Virus record (IMG/VR): IMGVR_UViG_3300029288_000100
Span: 1-64,000 of that record
DNA from: a virus
Taxonomy: Duplodnaviria; Caudoviricetes
Length of the DNA: 64,000 bases
Strand: one strand, 5' to 3'
A program made the position numbers and the translations under genes. The notes beneath the pieces are model-generated. The model was not told the DNA's origin and did not search any database. It was given only the letters and a program-made list of their open reading frames with translations. Of this stretch, positions 57,361 to 64,000 are shown one piece after another. Each line of letters starts with the position of its first letter. Position 1 is the first letter of the stretch.

Positions 57361-57753
57361 TCACACCCCCCGGGGTGTCCGCAGGTCGCTGCGGACCTCG
57401 TCAGCTTTGTCGGCGTCCAGGTCGACGTAGGCGACGCGCGCGACGAGCTCCTCCCGCGCGCCGGAGATACGCAGCCCGCCGTCGGGCGCCAGCTTGGCGA
57501 TCCCGTGCTCGCGGATCCGGGCGAAGAACCGCGTCACGCTGCGCCGCCCGAGCGCCAGGGCCTGGACTTCGTCGGCGAACACGACGCGTTCGTCGATGCC
57601 CAGGTCCTTCCCGTCACCGGGCTGGAACGGGTTGCGCGAGGTGTTGGGCGTCAGCCCGACCTGGATCACCTGCCGGGTGTACTCACTGCCCTGGAGGAGC
57701 TTCGCCCCGCCCCTCCCCGTGACTGTCACCGGGATGTTCATGCCTCGCGCCAT
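57361..57753 (-). CDS. gp25/gpW-like baseplate protein
   Basis: Size and position between spike and baseplate J; RGMNIPV N-terminus. Confidence 0.6.
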   Translation of the reverse strand: MARGMNIPVTVTGRGGAKLLQGSEYTRQVIQVGLTPNTSRNPFQPGDGKDLGIDERVVFADEVQALALGRRSVTRFFARIREHGIAKLAPDGGLRISGAREELVARVAYVDLDADKADEVRSDLRTPRGV

Positions 57754-57762
57754 GCGTTCACC

Positions 57763-58446
57763 TCACTCCGTATTGACCTTCGTGGATAGCCAGGTGTCTT
57801 TCGCCGCCAGGAGCGCGTTGACCGCCGCGAGGTACGTCCCTGCCGCCGTCTCCTGCGTCTGCCACGCCTCCTTCAGGAGCTTGAACGCCGGGGCGAGCGG
57901 GGCGAGGACCCCGGTGGCGGCCAGCTCGAGCGCCCCGAACTGGAGCTTGTTCGCGGTGCTGTTCATGAGGATCGCCTGCACCCAGATCGCCTCCGCCTGG
58001 AGGTACTTCACGAGCTCCGCGTTGAACGTGTCTCCGCGGAGGACCGGGTGCGAGGCGTCCTCCTCTCCGAGCCGGACCTTCCCGGAGATCAGGGCGAGGA
58101 GCTGGAGCGTCCGGTCCAGCAGGAGGACGTTCTCCCCGAGCTTCAGGGCCCCCCGGTGGGCGGGGTTGGAGGCGCACTCAGACGGAATGGGGTTCTTCGC
58201 GTTGAAGAGGAAGCCCAGGACCCGCGCCGCGACCTCCTCAACCGCGCGCTCCTCGACCTCGAGTGCGCAGGTCGCGCCAGAGGGGGAGGGAAAGTACAAC
58301 CCATCCCCTCCGCCGGCGAACGGGGTGAGGACCTGCACCTGCTCGGGCAGGTCCGCCTCAAGCAGGGTGTCCGCCCGTACGGAGCGCTCACCCACCTTGC
58401 CCGCCTCACTCGAGGTCAGCCTCCCGATGTGGACCTCCCGCCTCAC
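57763..58446 (-). CDS. Baseplate spike (gpV-like)
   Basis: PFAGGGDGLYFPSPSG OB-fold motif; position. Confidence 0.65.
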   Translation of the reverse strand: MRREVHIGRLTSSEAGKVGERSVRADTLLEADLPEQVQVLTPFAGGGDGLYFPSPSGATCALEVEERAVEEVAARVLGFLFNAKNPIPSECASNPAHRGALKLGENVLLLDRTLQLLALISGKVRLGEEDASHPVLRGDTFNAELVKYLQAEAIWVQAILMNSTANKLQFGALELAATGVLAPLAPAFKLLKEAWQTQETAAGTYLAAVNALLAAKDTWLSTKVNTE

Positions 58447-59636
58447 GCCTCTGCCTCCTCAAGGGTGGTCCCGGTCAGGTTCACCAGGGACCCGACGACC
58501 GACCCGAGGACCACCTTTCGCACCTTGAAGCGTAGGGCGTAGCCGCGGGTGACGTCATGCTCCACCTCGGTGAACTGCCAGTTGCCAGACAGCCGGGGTC
58601 CGATCCCGGCGATCTCATGCACGTGCCCCTGTCGAACGTCCGGGGTGCCGAGGGCCTCGCCATCGCCCCAGGCGAACTCACGTTCGTGCTGCGCGAACCA
58701 GGCCGCGGCGAAGCGCTTGGCGGCCCCCGGCGAGGCGAACGGCCGCGGCGCCATCACGACCTCGCGCTGCCCGAAGACCGTGAGCGCAACGGTCGGACCG
58801 TTCTTGACGGGTTCGCGCAGCTTGTCCCGCCCGACGGCCGCCGCGAACCGCGTCTTCTCCGCGGTCTTCTTGTGGACCTCGGTGGAGACACGGTAGGTCT
58901 TCCCGGTCTTCGGGTCAGTGTAGGCGAGCTCCACCTTGGTCGCCTGTGAGGGGAAGTCGAAGCGCGGGGAGAAAGAGAACAGCGTGGCGTCCGGTCCCCC
59001 GTAGGTGAAGCATCGCTTCGTGGGCTGGTCCTCGACGTCTGGTGGACCGAAGTATCCGAGCGGGGCGCCCAGCTCCAGGTTGTGGCGCACCGACACCACC
59101 CAGCCGTGCAGCTGCGCGAGCTGCTTGAGGAAGTCCCACCGCGTCTGGCCCCGCTTCTTCACGCGGGTGACGACGTCCTTGGTGTGGACGATGAAGGGCA
59201 TGATGCCCTCCTCGCGGAAGAGCTTCGCGGCGATCTCCGAGTCGCGGAGCTGCCGGAATACCCGGCCGCGGTCACGCTTCTTGACGTCGGGGTCCATGAG
59301 GATGCGAGCTGCCCCGAACGCCTCTACAGTCATCGTCGGCATGCCCGACCGCGGGAAGTTGGGGTTCGGCGCGACAATGGTCCCGCGGTCCATGAAGGTG
59401 AGCGGCCTCCCGGCGTAGCCCAGCCAGAGGTCTACCTTGTTGCCCTCGGCGAATACCCGTTCGTCGAGGAAGCGAAAGCGCTCGTTCAGAACCGTGAGGA
59501 TGATGCGGCTGGGGTCATCCTCGGCCTCACGGAAGCGGACGCCGCCGATGAACTTGGTCACGTCCCCACGGAGCTTGGTCCCTTCGACGGACACGAGGTA
59601 GCGCGGGGCGAGGAACTGGCCGAGCTCGGCGCTCAC
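58443..59636 (-). CDS. Baseplate hub / late control D protein
   Basis: GNKVDLWLGY, DSEIAAKL, TRWDFLKQLA, GTPDVRQG..GIGPRLSGNW..VEH. Confidence 0.85.
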   Translation of the reverse strand: MSAELGQFLAPRYLVSVEGTKLRGDVTKFIGGVRFREAEDDPSRIILTVLNERFRFLDERVFAEGNKVDLWLGYAGRPLTFMDRGTIVAPNPNFPRSGMPTMTVEAFGAARILMDPDVKKRDRGRVFRQLRDSEIAAKLFREEGIMPFIVHTKDVVTRVKKRGQTRWDFLKQLAQLHGWVVSVRHNLELGAPLGYFGPPDVEDQPTKRCFTYGGPDATLFSFSPRFDFPSQATKVELAYTDPKTGKTYRVSTEVHKKTAEKTRFAAAVGRDKLREPVKNGPTVALTVFGQREVVMAPRPFASPGAAKRFAAAWFAQHEREFAWGDGEALGTPDVRQGHVHEIAGIGPRLSGNWQFTEVEHDVTRGYALRFKVRKVVLGSVVGSLVNLTGTTLEEAEA

Positions 59637-60436
59637 ATGCCCTCCTCGCCGGGCAACTCGACAGAGAAGCGGTCCCCACCGCGCTCCTCGATGATCTCGC
59701 GCCGCCGCTGCTCGGCCGCTTCGTACCCCGGTCCGGTCCGAAAGGCGTGGAACCTCGGCTGCATCGGCTGCCGGCGAAGGAAGTCCTCCGGGATCACGTG
59801 CACGCCGTCCCCCCTGCGCAGGTCGGCGAGCGGCATCGACGGGTCGCCGCGTGGGTTGAGCTGCCGGAGCAGGACCCCAAGCTGTGCGTCCCCGTACTCA
59901 TCGAGGGCGATCGACTCGTAGGTGTCGCCACGCTTCGCCCGGCGGACCCGGGTGTGGTGCTCGGGAACACTTGGGTCAGTGGCCTCCCAGCTCACCTCCT
60001 CATAGCGGATCAGCGTGATCGTGAGCGAGACCCCGCGCAGCGACCCGTCCGGCCGGATCTCGTCGTAGCTCACGCCCCCAATGCTTTTCACCAGGCAGTC
60101 CATGGTGAGCGTCGCGGAGGCGCCCCAGGCGAAGGCGCAGACCGGCGGGCGCTCGAGCTCCGTGCTGCAACGCACCAGGTTCTCGAGGGCGACGAGGCGG
60201 TCCTCGACCGAGAAGTCCTCGGCGTCCTGCGCCCACAGGCGCACGCGGAAGGAGACTTCCTCGGCCTCCCCGCGGAGCCACTGGACCACCGGGTGGTCGC
60301 GCCCGACGCTCCCCTCGACGGCGAGCTCCGCGGATACCCCGCGGGACACGTCCTCGGGGGCGAACTGCCCGACCACGTCCACCTTGTGGTCGAGGTCCAT
60401 GAGGATCCAGAGCAGCGGGTTCGTGTTGACCGCCAT
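59633..60436 (-). CDS. Tail tube initiator (gpU-like) with LysM-like domain
   Basis: QFAPEDV, PVVQW..G, RPPVCAFAWG, RGDTYESIALDEYGD..LRQLNP. Confidence 0.8.
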   Translation of the reverse strand: MAVNTNPLLWILMDLDHKVDVVGQFAPEDVSRGVSAELAVEGSVGRDHPVVQWLRGEAEEVSFRVRLWAQDAEDFSVEDRLVALENLVRCSTELERPPVCAFAWGASATLTMDCLVKSIGGVSYDEIRPDGSLRGVSLTITLIRYEEVSWEATDPSVPEHHTRVRRAKRGDTYESIALDEYGDAQLGVLLRQLNPRGDPSMPLADLRRGDGVHVIPEDFLRRQPMQPRFHAFRTGPGYEAAEQRRREIIEERGGDRFSVELPGEEGM

Positions 60437-60437
60437 C

Positions 60438-63095
60438 TCAGTCCACCCCCGGGAGGAAGCCGCGACGCAGGCGCGTGCGCTGTTGCGGTGAGAGGTTCGC
60501 CCCGTTTCGCGTCATCTCGTCGAGCTGGTGCTGCCCGACGACCTCCGCGATCACCCGCCCGTCGAGGTGGATTTGGTTCACCAGCGTGATGGCTTGGCTC
60601 GAGCCGCTACCCCCACCGCCGCGCGGGGTCGCGCTCGAGATCACATCCGGAACGAACCCACCTCGGGTTTGCGTCGTCAGGGCGTGTGCGAGCTCTTTGC
60701 GGGAGAGCACTACATCGCCGGCGCTCACCCCGAGGTAGCCGCTGGTCAGCACCATGGCGTCGCGCGCGACGCGCGGTGCCCGCTCCGAGACGCTCCCGCC
60801 CGTCTTGGACGCCGCGTGAGCGGCAACTTTCTGCATCATCGCGAAGAAGAGGTCCTTCGTGGCTATTTCGGCGGTGTGCATGGGGTTGAGCTTCGCCGAG
60901 TCACTCGTGAGCGCGCCGAGGTCTTTGGTTGGGCCGGTGAGCCGCGACATGTTGTATGCCTTCGTGGCCTCACCTGGCGTCAGCCCGAGCGATCCGACGA
61001 ACGCCTTGATCCGGGTGTTCGCTTCCTCCTGCGTCTTGGAGACCTTGGCGAACTCGGGCCCCACGTCCGCGAGCACCGCACGGAGCTTCTCAGAGGCGAC
61101 GTAGGACTCCGACCGCCCCGTGAAGCCCCCGCCCTTCTCCGCTGCGCTGACCGCGCCGAGATGGGTGGACACAGGCGCGGCGAAGCCCTTGCCACCTAGC
61201 GTCTGCTCGAGCGTGGTGCTGACGTCACCGCTCTTGAAGTAGCGGACCAGCTCGACGAGCTCACGCATCTTCTCGACCAGGAACCCGATGACCTTGAGCA
61301 GATCACCCAGCGCCCCCCCGACTGTCTTCCCGAACTCCTTCCACGCCTCGCTCGTGCTCTGGACGTTGAACATCTCCTTGAAGAGGAGCCCGAGCTCGTT
61401 CTTAAGCCCCATGAGGCTCATCTTCAGTGCCTGCCAGGCGCCTGACTCTTGGATGCCTTGCCAGACTCCCGCGAAGACGCTGCGGAAGTCGACGAACAGC
61501 GAGGTGAGGAGCAGCACCGCGCCGATCGGCCCCCCGAGGAGGAATGGCAGGCGGAGGAGGGCTACGCCCAGCCCGAGGATCGTTTTCCCGAGTCCGAGGA
61601 AGACACCCACCCCGCTCTTCGCGAGCGTGACGAAGAGTCCGAACCCGGCGACGAGCGGCCCCGTCACCGCCACCAGCGCGGCCGCCGCGATACCGACCTT
61701 GGCTAGGGTGCGCTGCGTGCTGGGCGGTAGGGCGCGGAACCACTCAGCCAGGCGTCCGAACCCGCGTCCCACGGCCTCGATGATCTCGCGGATCCCATCG
61801 AATGCGGACTTGAGCCCGCGGGCCACGTTCAGCATCGCCGGTGACAGCGTCTTCACCTGCGCCTGGAGTTCCTTGGGCATCTTGGAGATGTCGGCACCCT
61901 TGACCACCATGAGCGCGAGCGCGAGGTCCCCCATGACGCCGCTCAGCCCCTTCACGCCCCCGCGTAGCGCTGGCGCCGCCAGCTCGAACAGCTCAATGTT
62001 GACTCCCTCGAGCGCGGACCTGAGGATCTCTGCCTGCCCCTTGAGGCTGTTGAGCTGTAGGTCTGCCATCACCTTCGCGACGTTCGCGGTTGACCCGGCG
62101 AGCTCCTTCTGGGTGTTGCGGAACTCCTTCATCTCCTCGTCGGTCAGGTTGAAGGCCTGCCCGAGGGCGGTTGCCCGCACGCCGAAGATCTTGGCAGCTG
62201 TCTCAACCCGCTTGATCGGGTCCGGGATCTTGCGGATACGGTCCGCCATGAGGAGCATCGCCTCATTCAGCGGGCGGACCTTCCCAGTGCTGTCCTTGAG
62301 CACCTGGTTGATCCCCTCACGGCCCCCGAAGACTGAGAGCACCTCCTTGGTCGGCTTCGCGAGGCGCGTGAGCCCCGCGCGGAGCGCTGTTCCCGCGAGA
62401 GAACCCTTGATGCCGATGTTCGAGAGCACGCCCAGGGCGAGCGCTGTCTCCTTGAGGCTGTAGGTGAACTGCGCGGCTGCGGGCCCGCCGTACTTGAGCC
62501 CCTCCTGCAGGTCCTTCATGGAGGTCGCAGTGCGCGCCGAGACCAGCGCCAAGGTGCCGGCGACCTCGCCCGCCTCCTTCGCCGGGATCTTGAACATGCG
62601 CACGTTGGCCGCGACAATCTCCGCCGCGTCGGCGAGCTTGATCCCCTCCGCCGCGGCTGCCGCCAGCACACCGGGTGTGGCCGCCATCACGTCCTTGGTG
62701 GAGAAGCCGGCGCGGGCCAGCTCCTCCATCGCGTTTGCGGCCTGGGTCGCGGAGAACACCGTGGTGGCGCCGAGGACCTTCGCGAGCGTCCGCATCTCGG
62801 CGGTGGTCTTCCCGGTGACGTCAAGCGAGACGGCTCTCACCCGCTGGAACGCCGCCTCAAAGTTGGCCCCGTCTTTCACCATCAGGGTGAACGCGGCCGC
62901 GACCGGGATGGAGGCCAGGGCGATCCGCTGCAGGTGGCCGCTCATCTGGCGGACGGTCTTTCCGAGACCGGCAAAGCGCGCGCGGAGATCAGCGGCCCGG
63001 GCTCCAACTCGCGTCATCGCAGGTGATGCCTTGTCGACGAACGACAGGATCGCCGCGAGGCCGAACTTGCGCAGCGCGGAACCCGAGCCCGCCAC
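60438..63095 (-). CDS. Tail tape measure protein (TP901 family)
   Basis: LGATTVFSATQAANAMEELARAGF, GIKGSLAGTALR, TM-like middle region, IHLDGRVIAEVV. Confidence 0.93.
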   Translation of the reverse strand: MAGSGSALRKFGLAAILSFVDKASPAMTRVGARAADLRARFAGLGKTVRQMSGHLQRIALASIPVAAAFTLMVKDGANFEAAFQRVRAVSLDVTGKTTAEMRTLAKVLGATTVFSATQAANAMEELARAGFSTKDVMAATPGVLAAAAAEGIKLADAAEIVAANVRMFKIPAKEAGEVAGTLALVSARTATSMKDLQEGLKYGGPAAAQFTYSLKETALALGVLSNIGIKGSLAGTALRAGLTRLAKPTKEVLSVFGGREGINQVLKDSTGKVRPLNEAMLLMADRIRKIPDPIKRVETAAKIFGVRATALGQAFNLTDEEMKEFRNTQKELAGSTANVAKVMADLQLNSLKGQAEILRSALEGVNIELFELAAPALRGGVKGLSGVMGDLALALMVVKGADISKMPKELQAQVKTLSPAMLNVARGLKSAFDGIREIIEAVGRGFGRLAEWFRALPPSTQRTLAKVGIAAAALVAVTGPLVAGFGLFVTLAKSGVGVFLGLGKTILGLGVALLRLPFLLGGPIGAVLLLTSLFVDFRSVFAGVWQGIQESGAWQALKMSLMGLKNELGLLFKEMFNVQSTSEAWKEFGKTVGGALGDLLKVIGFLVEKMRELVELVRYFKSGDVSTTLEQTLGGKGFAAPVSTHLGAVSAAEKGGGFTGRSESYVASEKLRAVLADVGPEFAKVSKTQEEANTRIKAFVGSLGLTPGEATKAYNMSRLTGPTKDLGALTSDSAKLNPMHTAEIATKDLFFAMMQKVAAHAASKTGGSVSERAPRVARDAMVLTSGYLGVSAGDVVLSRKELAHALTTQTRGGFVPDVISSATPRGGGGSGSSQAITLVNQIHLDGRVIAEVVGQHQLDEMTRNGANLSPQQRTRLRRGFLPGVD

Positions 63096-63098
63096 GTT

Positions 63099-63293
63099 CT
63101 ACCTCCGCCTCGGCTTCACGCGCGCGCGGTCCTTCGCCATCTTCACGAGCCGCTGGAGGGTCCACTCCCGCTTGAGCGGCGTCATCATGCGCACGTCAGC
63201 GCCGCGGTATGCGCCCTCGCTCCCTACGAGGATCGCGAACTCCTCCTCCCAGAGCTGCGCGGCCGCGGTCACGGGGAGGAAGGTCCGAAAAAA
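63099..63293 (-). CDS. Tail assembly chaperone, -1 frameshift extension (gpGT-like)
   Basis: Frame entered at slippery T-TTT-TTC (63293-63287): FFRTFLPVTAAAQLWEEEF..; ends just before the tape measure gene. Confidence 0.65.
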   Translation of the reverse strand, partial: FFRTFLPVTAAAQLWEEEFAILVGSEGAYRGADVRMMTPLKREWTLQRLVKMAKDRARVKPRRR

Positions 63294-64000
63294 GCCGAGT
63301 AGCTCCAGTCCAGGGGTCGCGTGAACCGGTGGCCGCGCGGGCAGGCGACCTCGAGCTCCATCACTGCCCCCCCGTTGCACTGGTCGATCTCGGCGATGAG
63401 TTGGTTGACCTCGCGCGGGGCCATCGTACGCAGGTGCTCGGAGGTCAGGTAGACCGGCCCCTCCGGCGCGCCCTCGATCGCGACCACCCCGTGCTGCAGC
63501 GTTGCGAGCTTGAACTTGGCCGGGTTCGCGAGCAGGGCCGGGTCACCCGACTCCATGAGCGCCCAACGGAGCGGCCCGACCGTGACGACCTTGCGCCGCT
63601 CCTTCGCGTACTCGACGCCCTCCTCGAGCGTCACCCGGCGCTCCTCGGGTTTCTCGAACGCTTTCACTCGGAGCGTCCGCAGGTCCCCCGCAAACCCCTT
63701 CACCGTCGCGCGGCAGTCCGGGTGACCGCACTTGAGCTCGCCGAGCCGCAGCGCGTGCCCGAGGGCGCCGATACGGATCCAGATGTAGAGGTACAGCACG
63801 TCGGAGAAGAACATGCTGTGCACCAGGAGCCGGCGTTCGCTCCGCTTCATCTTGGTGAGGTCGAGAGAGCCCAGGCTCTTCACCCCGGCGCAGACGACCT
63901 CCGAGATGTAGACGCCCATCGGCATCTCGGGGTTGCTCTCCGCGAGGTGCCCGAGGCTCTCCTCCAGCTCCCAGTCCCACCGCGCGAGCTCGAACTCGCG
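63269..64000 (-). CDS. Tail assembly chaperone / baseplate hub assembly protein (5' end outside window)
   Basis: Frame open to window end; DVLYLYIWIRIGALG, two Cys pairs, ends LDWSYSAFF. Confidence 0.75.
   Translation of the reverse strand, partial: REFELARWDWELEESLGHLAESNPEMPMGVYISEVVCAGVKSLGSLDLTKMKRSERRLLVHSMFFSDVLYLYIWIRIGALGHALRLGELKCGHPDCRATVKGFAGDLRTLRVKAFEKPEERRVTLEEGVEYAKERRKVVTVGPLRWALMESGDPALLANPAKFKLATLQHGVVAIEGAPEGPVYLTSEHLRTMAPREVNQLIAEIDQCNGGAVMELEVACPRGHRFTRPLDWSYSAFFGPSSP

Noticed and set aside
62383-62425. Possible self-target of array B in the tape measure motif GIKGSLAGTAL under a skip-one code
   Set aside because: Only about 6 of 13 dinucleotides match exactly, compatible with chance; no convincing in-window target was found by eye for any array

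Overview
The whole window is part of one GC-rich temperate contractile-tailed (myovirus-type) phage genome. The host is probably in Myxococcota, judging from a MopE/Cys-Asp-repeat lipoprotein, HU and codon style. Nearly all genes are on the minus strand. In transcription order (high to low coordinates): tail chaperones with a -1 frameshift site, tape measure, baseplate and fibre genes (64000-48971); holin candidates and a sigma70-Myb fusion; SF2 helicase; a lambda-like initiator/DnaC/DnaB/primase module with an internal origin; a serine recombinase; an intact attP (3' half of tRNA-Leu CAG) beside a plus-strand CI/cargo/xis/int block; then a long operon with a zinc-finger sigma-like protein, PolB, UvsY-like, SSB, RecA-like, split SbcD, SbcC, two DNA methyltransferases, RuvC, an amidase endolysin, class II RNR, HU, a 5'-3' exonuclease, a metacaspase and LigA. 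The standout is a 2.1 kb cassette at 28371-30488. It holds a stand-alone RAMP/Cas7-like gene, three non-coding arrays of strictly phased 5-nt units (YRY-NN on the transcribed strand, 52 of 53 units conform) with a shared 3' hairpin, a winged-helix-like accessory gene and an orphan HicB-like gene. This looks like a non-CRISPR RNA-guided system whose information sits in the variable dinucleotides. All protein calls come from motif recognition by eye; no database searches were run.
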